Shown here: positions 39,601 through 49,100 of the stretch, piece by piece | Numbering within the stretch: the stretch's first letter is position 1 | Layout of the letters: each line of letters starts with the position of its first letter | Source: Candidatus Krumholzibacteriia bacterium | GTDB lineage: Bacteria; Krumholzibacteriota; Krumholzibacteriia; LZORAL124-64-63 | Assembly (NCBI GenBank): GCA_050174015.1 | Contig: JBFXKG010000004.1 | Coordinates: forward strand, 1 to 64,000 | Length of the DNA stretch: 64,000 nucleotides | Direction: 5' to 3' | Made by a program: the position numbers and the translations under genes | Notes under the pieces: generated by a model | What the model saw: only the letters and a program-made list of their open reading frames with translations | The model's database searches: none | What the model was told of the DNA's origin: nothing

Positions 39601-40073
39601 TACTGCCAGCAGACCGTGTCCGCAGGCGGGGGCACGTACATGTCCGGCGCGTCGAGCCAGCCCTCGGCGATGCCCACGACGTAGGGCCGGACCGTGAAGT
39701 CGCCCGCGGGGAAGAACCGCTCCCAGAGCGGCTGCCCGGGGATGCTGTACCCGTCGGGGTTCTGGCCGGCGGGGATGTCGGAATAGATGCCGACCTGGAA
39801 TTCCACCATCCCCGGATCGTTCTGGGGCAGCAGGTCGCCGAACCAGGATCCCCAGAGATGGATCGAGGTGATGGGCCCCTCCCTTTGGCAGAGGAAGTCG
39901 TCGGCCAGGACGTAGTCCCGCGGGAAGGGCGAATCGTTCACGTCGATGCCGGTGGATTCGAGGTCGGGCAACTGGACCCATTTGGCCGGCATGCCGGGAT
40001 CCCAGTCGGCTTGGAGCGGGGGTGCTGCCAGCCACAGCAGCAAGAACCCCGCGAGCCATAAGCGGTTGTTCAT
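36669..40073 (-). CDS. Large secreted modular protein: 3 'ADDFLC' modules, 2 GEVED-like modules, FlgD-like CTD
   Basis: Signal peptide; KWxQxPDL..ADDFLC..WNDDAVWG x3; DFGDAPD..DGEV/IED x2; PNPFNP..WDGR..SGVY. Confidence 0.88.
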   Translation of the reverse strand: MNNRLWLAGFLLLWLAAPPLQADWDPGMPAKWVQLPDLESTGIDVNDSPFPRDYVLADDFLCQREGPITSIHLWGSWFGDLLPQNDPGMVEFQVGIYSDIPAGQNPDGYSIPGQPLWERFFPAGDFTVRPYVVGIAEGWLDAPDMYVPPPADTVCWQYNFSIPELEAFYQQGSPQEPVVYWIGVKAFPLGDGTQRFGWKTSLDHWNDDAVWGEGPAPMPGIWWELRYPLGHPWPGDSIDLAYVLDGPEITEEFDFGDAPDPTYPTFAANNGPMHLVGPLYLGNLIDGEPDGQPDPTATGDDNNGLPDEDGVAFTSTLLPGQPATVDVTCSGGGMLDAWVDFDLSGTWDPTEQIFASLPLPAGLNSLSFMVPPGSVQNTFTFARFRFSTGGNLGPAGPYPTGGIPDGEVEDHRVFIEMQHAYKWWQRPDLMPTGIDVNCSPIHGTPGFILADDFLCTSPGLLTEITIFGSWLNDYLPFGQDPLAMDFVLSIHKDIPADQSPTEYSMPGEELWEWGFPAASFQAEPMVVDIVEGWLNPPDEYIFPADYTCWQYTFAIDPTVAFRQTGTEANPVVYWLDVKAFPHDPEAYFGWKSSLDHWNDDAVWGIGQEPYPGPWYELIYPPQHELHPESMDLAFRIMGTEIQEELDFGDAPDFNYRTLLASNGPRHLIVPGFHLGALVDAEFDGQPDASATGDDLANFDDEDGVVFTSVLKVGQTATVDVTASAAGLLDAWLDFNANGMFEASELIYGSVALNPGVNNLAFTVPAGAAENAVTFARFRFSSMGGLGPDGILPTGALPDGEIEDYEVFIEDRYVFKWIQHPDLSPFGIDVNASVDEAGNTYVLADDFLCTTTGPVTDVHVWGSWLNDYLPFQLDPRAVQFTLSFHADIPADQSPTGYSMPGEVLWMNTFEPADFEAEMFADLIEEGWMDPPDRYVFPADWTCWLYKFHVDPHLAFIQEGTENEAVVYWLDVQARPLDPMAHFGWKTTMDHWNDDAVWGLGIEPYAGPWGELVYPPQHELFGQSIDLAFALYEDLVTPVPEIPLKTGLLHNAPNPFNPATVIHFAMPPEGGTVKLEVFDLKGRLVRVLVDGFVPGGERTAEWDGRTADGAAVPSGVYLYRLRGAGIDQSLKMLLLR

Positions 40074-40300
40074 GGGGAACCTCCCGTGATCGAGGTTGGC
40101 CGGGTCCGCGAACCGGAGCCGGTGGCGCTCCGGGCCGGAACCCTGCTGGGGGCGTCCCGGGTCGACAGGGACGCGAACCCCGCCCGCACTGCCAGGCGGG
40201 GAAGGGCTTCGATCACGGCGGGATGTGAGGATCGGACGTGGATCCTGGTTGCCGGGCCTCCAATCCCGGCTTTCATGATATCGTAAAATCAAAAACGCCG

Positions 40301-41401
40301 CTACCAATACCCGACGGCGGGGTAGCCCACCCAGTGACCCAGGGTGTTCGGTGCGGTCACCCCCAGCCGGGCGCCTTCGATTTGCAGGCGGCCGTCGCTG
40401 ACGCTGTCGCCGTATCGCAACAGGTCACCGGTCAAAGGCGGCAGGCCCAGATCCTCCTGCAGCCGCAGTGCGGTCGTCAGACCGAAGGGGATGGAGTACA
40501 GTCCGCACCAGGTGATGCGGTAGGGCTCGGCGGGATATTCCGGGCCCTCGCGGTCCCAGACCAGCCGGATGAAGGAGGCGATGCCCTCGACCGTCAGCGG
40601 GCCCGCCAGGGTCGCCTCGGCCAGGGTCACGTCCCGGGCGCGGGCGGCCGCGTGCCCCGCCTCGCCGCAACCGAACGGCGCGTAGCCCGACCCGCCCCAG
40701 CCCTCGCAGCCGTAGTGGACCGCGTCGGCGGAGATGACGATGCCGAGATCGCGTCCCGGTTTCCAGCCACGCTCCCGGCAGATCTCCGCCAGGACGCCCG
40801 CCAGCCGTCCGGCCACCAGTTCGATGCGATCAGGCTCCATGCCCGGCACCAGGACGGGCACGAAGGTGAAGTCCCCGACCGCGGCCCCGATCCACGGCAG
40901 CATGGCCTCGAGCGAGTGCTCGGCGGCATGGCGCTCCGCGTCCACGGCCGCCATCCCCACGGGCATCCCCTGGAGCAGGACGTCCCTCAGTTCCGCATCG
41001 ACCGGGAAGCCGCTTCCCGCCACGTTCCAGACGGCGAAGTCATCCAGGAGCAACCGGTCCCGCACCCCGATGCGGCGGCAGGCGTGGCACACCCCGAACA
41101 GGATCCAACGCTTCGCCCGCAGGTGGGCCAGGCCGTGGACTGCCGTACGTCCTGCGTACAGGTAGTCGTCGTGGGGCAGGATGACCACGGACGCAGGTTC
41201 GGCCGCTCGCCGGGCCCGCGGATCGTCCAGGTCTTCCGCGGAAAATGCCGCGTAGAGGACCTTGGCGAAGTCCTCCCGGCTGACGGCGAAACCCACCGTG
41301 TCACGCTGGGCGCGGACCGGTCCTGCCGACCCGTCCTCGGTTCCGGTGGCGGGCCCGCACAGGGCGAGCAGGAGCAGGGCGGATGCGATGACGGGGCGCA
41401 T
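40301..41401 (-). CDS. MEMO1/AmmeMemoRadiSam protein B-like, with signal peptide
   Basis: PHDDYLYAG, EHSLE, ISADAVHYG, TWCG, WVGY. Confidence 0.8.
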   Translation of the reverse strand: MRPVIASALLLLALCGPATGTEDGSAGPVRAQRDTVGFAVSREDFAKVLYAAFSAEDLDDPRARRAAEPASVVILPHDDYLYAGRTAVHGLAHLRAKRWILFGVCHACRRIGVRDRLLLDDFAVWNVAGSGFPVDAELRDVLLQGMPVGMAAVDAERHAAEHSLEAMLPWIGAAVGDFTFVPVLVPGMEPDRIELVAGRLAGVLAEICRERGWKPGRDLGIVISADAVHYGCEGWGGSGYAPFGCGEAGHAAARARDVTLAEATLAGPLTVEGIASFIRLVWDREGPEYPAEPYRITWCGLYSIPFGLTTALRLQEDLGLPPLTGDLLRYGDSVSDGRLQIEGARLGVTAPNTLGHWVGYPAVGYW

Positions 41402-41604
41402 GGCGGTCCTTTCGTTACCCGGATCATGGGGCATCGGCCGCTCCGCATCAAGCGGACACCGCCTCGACATGGGCCCCCGCCCCGAAAAAATGCAGAAAAA
41501 GCGAAGATTCTTGTAACCGTTCCGCGAGGAATGCGCTAGCATTCCCGTCGTGAGTTGGAAGCATGAATGCTTCCGTTGCCGCCAACGAAGGAGGATGAGG
41601 CGCA

Positions 41605-41982
41605 ATGGCAAAGAAAGTGACCAAGAAGGCTCCGGCCAAGAAGGCCCCCGCCAAGAAGGCCCCCGCCAAGAAGGCCGAGGCCACCAAGGCCCCGACCCGG
41701 AACGAAGTCTACCGCGAGATCGCCGAGAAGACCGGCGTGGCCCGCAAGGACGTCGTCGCCGTGATCGAGAACCTGAACGACGTCATGACCAAGTCCGTGA
41801 AGAAGTTCGGGACCTTCAACTACATGGGTCTGCTGAAGCTGACCCTGGTGAAGAAGCCGGCGGTCAAGGGCGGCAAGCTGGTGAAGAATCCCTTCACCGG
41901 CGAGATGGTCAAGCAGAAGCCGCGCCCGGCGTCCCGCTCGGTGCGCGTGCGTCCGCTGAAGGCCATGAAGGACAACCTGTAG
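41605..41982 (+). CDS. HU-family DNA-binding protein with N-terminal KKAPA repeats
   Basis: IAEKTG, KNPFTGE, VRVRPLK; 15-bp tandem repeat. Confidence 0.88.
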   Translation: MAKKVTKKAPAKKAPAKKAPAKKAEATKAPTRNEVYREIAEKTGVARKDVVAVIENLNDVMTKSVKKFGTFNYMGLLKLTLVKKPAVKGGKLVKNPFTGEMVKQKPRPASRSVRVRPLKAMKDNL

Positions 41983-42010
41983 AACAAGGTCCTGGGTGCA
42001 ATCAGGAGTG

Positions 42011-42043
42011 CGACCCCTGCGCCTGCGCGGGGGTCGTTTTTTT
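42011..42043 (+). terminator. Intrinsic terminator
   Basis: CGACCCC..GGGGTCG plus T7. Confidence 0.8.
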
Positions 42044-42048
42044 GCCTG

Positions 42049-42078
42049 AAAAAAGGGGTCCGGAACGACCGGACCCCT
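42049..42078 (-). terminator. Intrinsic terminator
   Basis: AGGGGTCCGG-AACGA-CCGGACCCCT plus T-run on minus strand. Confidence 0.8.
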
Positions 42079-42110
42079 CGAACCCGCGCACGGGTCTGCT
42101 GCCTGGGAAC

Positions 42111-42830
42111 CTACCGGAACAGGGCCTTCACCTCGCCGAAGGAAGCGTCCTCGGTCGGAATGACCGTGTCGGCGTAGAAGATGATGTTGTCGTAGAAAAC
42201 GCCCGAGCCCTGGTACAGGGTGGCGAAGTTGCCGAAGCCGAACTGCAGGAGCTGACCGACCAGCGAGGCGTCGATGTTGATGGTGATCGAGTAGGTCGAC
42301 CAGGTGGACGGGATCGCCGTCATGTCCAGCTGGATGTTGTTGGTCGTGGCGTAGCCGGCGGCGGGGTTCAGGGTCTTGATGAAGGCCCAGGCCGTGGAGT
42401 CCAGCTCCAGGTTCCCCAGCTTGGCGTCGAAGACGAAGGTCCAGGTCTCGCCGACGTCGCCGGCGCCGATGGTCTGCTCGTGGAACAGAAGGGATTCGAT
42501 GTGGGCGCCGTCGGCATGGTTGGCGTTGTTGTAGTCGCTGAAGGCGACCAGCTGCTGCATGCCCTGGGCGGCTCCGCCCTCGCCGGAGGCGATGGCGCTG
42601 AAGGCGGCGCCGTCGTTCGGGGCGGGGAACACGCCGTAGCCGTACCAGTAGGACCAGTCCGGACCGAAGACGTTGGCGAAGACCAGCCAGCCGTCGTTGC
42701 CGAGGGCCGAGGTGTCGGCCTGGTTCAGGCTCTCGAAGTCCTGGCTGTACCCGTTGAGGGCCAGACCCGTGGCAGGAGCCATGCAGAGGATGGCTGCGAC
42801 TGCGACCAGTGCGATAGCGCGAAGTTTCAT
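42111..42830 (-). CDS. Secreted CBM-like protein with FGEVKALFR tail; paralog of 49714..50694
   Basis: Signal peptide; YSQDFE..FYDNI jelly-roll-like pattern. Confidence 0.8.
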   Translation of the reverse strand: MKLRAIALVAVAAILCMAPATGLALNGYSQDFESLNQADTSALGNDGWLVFANVFGPDWSYWYGYGVFPAPNDGAAFSAIASGEGGAAQGMQQLVAFSDYNNANHADGAHIESLLFHEQTIGAGDVGETWTFVFDAKLGNLELDSTAWAFIKTLNPAAGYATTNNIQLDMTAIPSTWSTYSITINIDASLVGQLLQFGFGNFATLYQGSGVFYDNIIFYADTVIPTEDASFGEVKALFR

Positions 42831-42944
42831 GTTCCTCGACCTCTCTTTGAAGACGATCCCGTTGCCAGCTTGGAATCCCGGAACCCCGTCCCGGCATCCC
42901 GAGAGTTCCGCCGAGCGGCACTCCCTCACGAATCCAATGATAGG

Positions 42945-42977
42945 ATTATAGACTATGTTCGGATTCCGAATCAAGTC
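42945..42977 (-). promoter_or_regulatory. 27-bp palindromic operator overlapping TTGATT-18-TATAAT promoter
   Basis: GACTATGTTCGGATTCCGAATCAAGTC at 42951..42977. Confidence 0.75.
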
Positions 42978-43479
42978 CAAAATGCACGATTGTCGAGATA
43001 ATTTTCTGTCCGAAGAATGAAATTTCTCCCCTGATGCCGAAATATGCGGGGCTGTTTTATCATATTGTCATTCAGCGACTTACAATCGGTTGGCTCCGGT
43101 GGCCGCCCACCTCGAGGTCGGCGGGGCACCTGCCGCTGCCGTGCCCCTTCACCCCGTAATACGCGCGCTGCGACAGCCCCGGTCCGTTGAGGCCCCCCGG
43201 GGACGCGCAGCTCCACCACCCCCTAGGTAGCCAAACATCACGAACCCGGGACCAAAATAGCCTGACGTAAGGCAGTTTCACGCCTCCCGGACAAAATATC
43301 CGCCAATGAATCAATCATGCCCGGCAAAATGAGCGGTTGGATCTCGACCCGGCTGGATCTTGACAATTGTCCCATTGCTGACAACAATGAATCAATCGCC
43401 TGAATTATAGTATCCTCAAGATGACAGGACAGAGTGCCGACGCCAGGTCGATGGTGCCGAAAGAACCGAGGACGTTCAG

Positions 43480-44493
43480 ATGGCGAAATCCGCTTGCCCG
43501 CTCTGCGAAGAATCAGGCCATCCCGGAAACTTGATCGAGAAGAACGGCTACACCGTTGTGCGCTGCCCGCATTGCGACCTGGTACGCGTGGATCCACAGC
43601 CGGATCCGGAGGACATTGCACGCTACTATTCCGCTGAGCAGGGCTACCATGTCCATCTCGTGGAAGACGAGAAGGAGCAGAAACGGCTGGCGAGCCGGAA
43701 CCGTGAGCGGCTTGAACTGATCGATAAGCACATCACCGAAAAGGGGCCCCTGCTTGACGTCGGCTGTAGTCTGGGTCTATTTCTGGGGCATGCAAAGCAG
43801 AGAGGTTGGGAAGTCAGCGGCGTGGAGATCAACGCACACACGGCGGAACAGGCCCAAATCCGCTGCGGAGCGACGGTTCATCACGGCGATCTGGAGACCG
43901 TCACCCTCGCATCCGGCTCCCAACTGGTGATCACGTTCTTTGATACGCTCGAACACGTTCTGGATCCCCGATCCGGTCTGGAAAAGGCCTACGAGCTCCT
44001 GCGGCCGGGCGGTATCGTGATGATCACCGCTCCGAACATCGACGGATTGCTGCCACGGTCGACCTACCGGCTGCTGGCCCAGCCGTTCGGAGTATGGGAT
44101 CATCCGTCGCCCCCTGCCCACCTTTTCGATTTTTCCGTCAAGACCCTGACCATGATGCTTCAAAAAACGGGCTTCGAGCCCGTGCTGGCGAAGACAGAGA
44201 CGATCCGGATGGGGTATGCGGCGGGAAAACTCACTGCAGCGCTGATCACGGTCGGCAAGAAGGTCCTGGGAAGGTCCGGGTCCCCTGCTCCTGCGACAGG
44301 CGATCCGGGCGAGACGGGAGCTCGTCCCGGCCTTGCGCCCGGAGCACACGGGCGATCCTCAAGAAGCCAGCAGGCTCTGCGGTCCGCAGCGATGTTGCTC
44401 AGCCTGAGCTGGATCCTGGCTATCTATCCATTCGGCGCCCTTCTGGACCGGAGCAACTCGTTGGTCGTGATCGGACGCAAGCCCCGCCGCTGA
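43480..44493 (+). CDS. Class I SAM methyltransferase with N-terminal Zn ribbon
   Basis: CPLC..CPHC, LLDVGCSLG, GVEIN, LEH, LRPGG; less GC-biased codons. Confidence 0.88.
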   Translation: MAKSACPLCEESGHPGNLIEKNGYTVVRCPHCDLVRVDPQPDPEDIARYYSAEQGYHVHLVEDEKEQKRLASRNRERLELIDKHITEKGPLLDVGCSLGLFLGHAKQRGWEVSGVEINAHTAEQAQIRCGATVHHGDLETVTLASGSQLVITFFDTLEHVLDPRSGLEKAYELLRPGGIVMITAPNIDGLLPRSTYRLLAQPFGVWDHPSPPAHLFDFSVKTLTMMLQKTGFEPVLAKTETIRMGYAAGKLTAALITVGKKVLGRSGSPAPATGDPGETGARPGLAPGAHGRSSRSQQALRSAAMLLSLSWILAIYPFGALLDRSNSLVVIGRKPRR

Positions 44494-44519
44494 TACGGTT
44501 CACAGCCACCGTGATCGGC

Positions 44520-46127
44520 CTACTTCAAGAGCGTCAGGGCCGCATTCGAAACGACCTCCCCCGCCTCCAGCCGTGCAAAGTACACCCCGCCCGGCACCCT
44601 GCGGCCGGCGTCGTCCCGCCCGTCCCAGGTCAGGGTCATGGCGCCCGCCGCAACCGCCGAACCATCGAGCAGCGTGCGCACCAGCCGGCCCCGGGCGTCA
44701 TAGACCGCCAGATTCACAGCCGCTTCCACCGGCAACTCGAACGACAGGACCGTCCGCGGATTGAACGGATTGGGAGCCGACTGCAACAGGCGGACGCCGG
44801 CCACCCGCGATGCGGGCCGGCCGTCCTCCACCGCCGAGACCGCGCCCGCGGGCACGAACCTGAAGCCGCTGAAGACCACTTCCTGGTCGGCAGCCGGCGA
44901 ACCTGCGATGCGCCACAGGTTCAGGTGCAGGCGCGGCTGTTCCGGGCGCGGGATGTGCGGCCCCGTGTAGGTCCAGGCGTGGACCAGGGTGGCCGGGGAT
45001 TCATCCGCGGGACCACCCCGCCACACCCGGTACTCCACCCGGTCGGACAGCCAGCGCATGGCGTGGCTGACGGTCTCCCCCTCGCTGAACACCGGATCGA
45101 AACGGCTGATGTTGCCCGGCCAGTCGTAGGGCTGGGCCACGAACTGGGCGAGATCGTTCGCCGGATCCTGCCAGCGGCTGTACTCGATGTCGATCTCGTT
45201 GTAGGCGTTCCACCAGGTGTAGGCGTCGTCGTAGCAGGGGCCGTACTCCCACAGGAACAGGCCGAGCACCGCCTGGGGGTCGAGCGTGTCCAGGCGTCCC
45301 TCCGTCGTCAGGACGTAATCCCCGTAGCCGAGGGCCTCCTCCAGGACCACCTCGGTGCTGGTCCAGGTCCCGTTGCGAAGGCTCAGGGTCAGGTGCAGGT
45401 CGCCCGCGCCGTCCACCCAGACGCAGTCGGGCGAATCGGAGAAGACGTTGGGCCCCGGCCCGTAGTACCCCGGGCCCTTGACGCGCCAGGTGCGTCCGGC
45501 GAAATCCAGGGCGGTGCCGCCGGGGAAGTCCGTCCACTGGACGTCGTCCTGGGTCGGCGGGCTGGTGCTGGTGAAGGTGACCTGGTCGAAGACGACGTCG
45601 CTGGAGGGATCGGTCGGGCTCTGCAGCACACCCAGCAACAAGCGGGCCTTCACGGTTCCAGCCGGCGCCGCGCTGCTCGTCACCGCGAAGTCGAGATATT
45701 CGTCCGTGGTGGAGGACGCCGTCGCCACGTTGAACGTGTCGTAGGAGATGAGGTTGTCGCCCGCGTCCCGCCACTCGACGTTGACCAGGGCCGCGTTCTG
45801 GCCGACCAGAGGTCGCGCCGCCGTGTGGAGCACGTGCCCGGTGACGTCCCAGCTCTCCCCGGGCAGGCAATCCTGGGCCTGCCAGTAGCCGGAGACGGCC
45901 CAGTCCCCCGTGTCCGGGCCACTGACCCGGGCCGCCTGGTGACCGTGGCTCGCCATCGTCGTGGCCCCGAACGCACCGAACTGCTCCCAGCCCCCGAACA
46001 CCGCCCCGCCGGTCCCGCCGACCTCGAAGCTGGGATTGCCGAGGATGCACTGGCCGGCCGCCGGTCCTGCGGCCGCGAGGACCAGCACCAGCGGCAGGAT
46101 CCCGGGGGACGTGCGCAGGAACTTCAT
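44520..46127 (-). CDS. Secreted CBM-like + GH16-like + FlgD-like CTD protein
   Basis: Signal peptide; NPSFE..FDQV; EIDIE catalytic motif; PNPFNP..WDGRD. Confidence 0.8.
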   Translation of the reverse strand: MKFLRTSPGILPLVLVLAAAGPAAGQCILGNPSFEVGGTGGAVFGGWEQFGAFGATTMASHGHQAARVSGPDTGDWAVSGYWQAQDCLPGESWDVTGHVLHTAARPLVGQNAALVNVEWRDAGDNLISYDTFNVATASSTTDEYLDFAVTSSAAPAGTVKARLLLGVLQSPTDPSSDVVFDQVTFTSTSPPTQDDVQWTDFPGGTALDFAGRTWRVKGPGYYGPGPNVFSDSPDCVWVDGAGDLHLTLSLRNGTWTSTEVVLEEALGYGDYVLTTEGRLDTLDPQAVLGLFLWEYGPCYDDAYTWWNAYNEIDIEYSRWQDPANDLAQFVAQPYDWPGNISRFDPVFSEGETVSHAMRWLSDRVEYRVWRGGPADESPATLVHAWTYTGPHIPRPEQPRLHLNLWRIAGSPAADQEVVFSGFRFVPAGAVSAVEDGRPASRVAGVRLLQSAPNPFNPRTVLSFELPVEAAVNLAVYDARGRLVRTLLDGSAVAAGAMTLTWDGRDDAGRRVPGGVYFARLEAGEVVSNAALTLLK

Positions 46128-46147
46128 GGCGGCCTCCTGGTGGAGGA

Positions 46148-49100
46148 TCAGACCTTCGTGAGTCGTTCCTTCGGAACGGCGACCCACAGCGACCGGACGC
46201 GGCCCGTCCGGCCCAAAACGGCCGCGGTCGTGGGGGCGTCCAGCCGGTCGCCGACCTGCTCCCGCGTGGTGCCGTTGACGAATTCGACGGTGACGGCAGC
46301 TCCGTCTTCGGTCAGTTGATAGACCACGGGCACCTGGCACAAGGTGAAGGCGAGGCTTCCCGGCTCCAGCAGCAGGGAGTTCTCCCGACCCTCGACGTCG
46401 AAGTAGTGGAACTCGCGGTCGGTCCCCAGGAACTCCTCCGGACCGAGCAGACCGGGGCGGAAACAGGCGACCCCGTCCTCGATGCAGATGCCCAGCTCGC
46501 CGCGGCGGGTGAGGATCTCCTCCTTCACCTGGCCGGTCATGCCCGGCTGCTTGGCGCCGCCGTTCGCGGGCGTATGCGAGTAGGGATCGGTGGGAAAAGC
46601 TCCGTACTCGGTGACCGACTTCTCGTACCCGATGCCCGACCGGATGCGGAAGTACATGCGGGCCAGTTCGTCCGTCACTCCGGGATCGGCGCCCCCGGCG
46701 ACGGCCCGTTGCCAGGTCTCCTGGACCGCCAGCAGCAGCTTGGCCACCATGTGCCAGTAGATGCAGCCCAGCCCCTCGTACCCGTACATGGCTCCCGACC
46801 GCCCGGTGTAGGCCCGGTGGCGGAACACCTCCTCGTAGAGATCGAGGACCGCCTGCCGGTCCCGGGAGACGGCGGTGCTCCACCGGGGGTCGGCCGCCAG
46901 CCCGTCCAGGGCGGCCTCGAGATCCTTCGCGTTCCCGAGCGTGGCGTTGAACCGCAGGACCCCTTCGGCGTCGCGCGCCAGCACCGACCGGTCGCCCTCG
47001 GCAAGAAGGTCGGCCAGCAGAGGGGTCGCTTCCGCCGGTCCGGCGGGTACGGAATTCTTCTCGAGGAACCCGGGCAGCTCCCGCTCGGGGTACAGGATGA
47101 AGCTGCGCTGGTCGGGACGGTACAGGCGACTCGCGAACAGGCGCTCCAGGATGGCCAGGGATTCGCCCGGATCCAGGACGCCCGAGGTGAGGGCGGCGAC
47201 CTGTCCCTCGAGCATCTCGTACAGATGCTGCACCTCCGCACCGTCGCCATCCGGATCCGCGTCGAGCAGGTTGTAGGTGTGGAAGAGGCCGTCCGGACGC
47301 CGGTTGGCGGCGATGCCGCGGTCGATCACCTCCAGGGCGGTGCGGCAGGTCGCGACCACCCGGCCGAGGGACAGCGCGGTCTTCCCGCTGAATCCGTCCG
47401 CGTAGACCTTGTCCCGGTAACGGGAAAAAGTCTCGCCGAATGCATCCAGCAGCTCCCGCCGCTGCTTCGAGGTCAAAGCCCCGGCTGCCGTCAGCGCCCC
47501 GGCCTCCTCGAGGGCCGCGGCGATTCCGTCGAACCAGGCGACGACCTCGGCGCTCACCGGAAGGCTCTGCTGCGCCCTTCCCTCGAGCCTGTCGGCCAGG
47601 AAGGCCAGGTACCGGCGCAGGTGGCAGAGCGTGACCACCGAGACGCCGCCCCCGGCCAGGGCGTTGTTGGCGTCGTTCCATTCGGGGCGCTGGGTGTTCA
47701 TCCAGATGCCCGCGTCGCAGACCAGGTTCGAAAGCTTCGCCAGGGCCGGGACCAGCAGCTTCTCCAGCAGGTTGGCGTGGTAGATCCCGCCGTCGGGCCC
47801 GCGGACCAGCTTGCCGTCGGTGCCGTGTCCATCCACCCGGGCGGCGATTCGCGCGTCGAGTTCCGCGTCGAACACGATGGTCGACCGGGGATCCCGCAGC
47901 AGGTCCGCGTAGGGCTTGATGCGGTAGGGGACGTGGGCGTAGCTGAAGATCTCGGCCTCCAGCATCCCGGCCAGGCCCTCGGGATCGTTGCGGTTCCAGG
48001 CCTCCAGCAGCTTGAGCAGGTAGATGATCTGGTGATCGCCCCAGTAGCCGATGTTGCTCCAGGGGTCGTCGGGCGAGACGGTCTCCCAATCCACCCCGTC
48101 GCGGTCGATGCGATAGGGATTGAACCCGTCCCGCGTCGAGGCGTTGACGAACTTGGCCACGACGTTGGGCAGGAACCCGGGAAACGCGGTGCAGAGGGCC
48201 TCCCAGTTCTGGAAGATGTCGCGCCAGTTGCCCTCGTAGCTCAGTAGGCGCTCGCCGCCGCCGTTGCGGACGCGGATGGCGAAGCGGTTCCAGGGCCGGC
48301 TCGGGTCGCCGTGGCGCCTCCCGAAGTGCAGCGGCAGGTACTCCAGGCACAGGCGGATGAAGTCGGCGTCCCCCGTGGCCCGCGCCTGGGCGAGGAGATC
48401 GTCCACGGTCACCGGATCGGGGAGGGCCGCGATCGCGGCGCGTCGGCGCTCGGCCACGGCGGGATTGCGGACCTGAAGGAAGTCCGTGAAGTCCTCCACC
48501 GGCACGTCGTAATTGGCGGCGAAGACCCCGCCCCTCATGTTGTTGAACAGGACGTTGGCGAAGTGGTGGACCCAGACGGCCGGGGCCCCGGTCACCTGCA
48601 GTCCGTCGGCGCTGGCCACGTAGCGCCGCAGGTTGCGTTCGGCTTCGCGCAGCCTGGAGGCCAGCGCGCCGGGCAGGTCCTCGCCTTCGACCAGGCGCCG
48701 CCGCAGGCCGGCGATCCCGGCGTGGTCCAGGCCCGAATCGGCAACCAGGAACCACTCCTCCGTCTCCCGCGGTTGCAGGTCCGCGCCGAAGCTGACCAGG
48801 TAGTTGCCGCGGGTCCCGTTCAGGACGTCGTCCGCGGCGACCACCTCGCCGTTGCGGAAGCCCCCCACCGCCGCGGCCGACAGGTGGACCCGGTAGCTGT
48901 CCAGGCCGCAGCACCAGACCGTGTTGGCCCGCAGGACCTCCACCGCCTCGGCCCGGTCGGTGATGCCCGCGGTCAACGAGAAGATCCCCAGCCCCGACTC
49001 GGGATCGATCTCGGACTTCTTGTAGGCGTCCACCAGGTTCGAGGCCTGCTGGTACAGGCCCAGCGGCGCCCCGTAGGGCAGGACGTTGCGTAGCCCGTCC

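Noticed and set aside
36960..39990. CRISPR-like recurring sequences
   Set aside because: They are coding-domain repeats about 1.2 kb apart; no spacer array or cas genes.
43130..43290. c-di-GMP riboswitch suggested by GGGACGCGCAGC
   Set aside because: Lacks the GGCAAAC/GAAA and downstream conserved elements.
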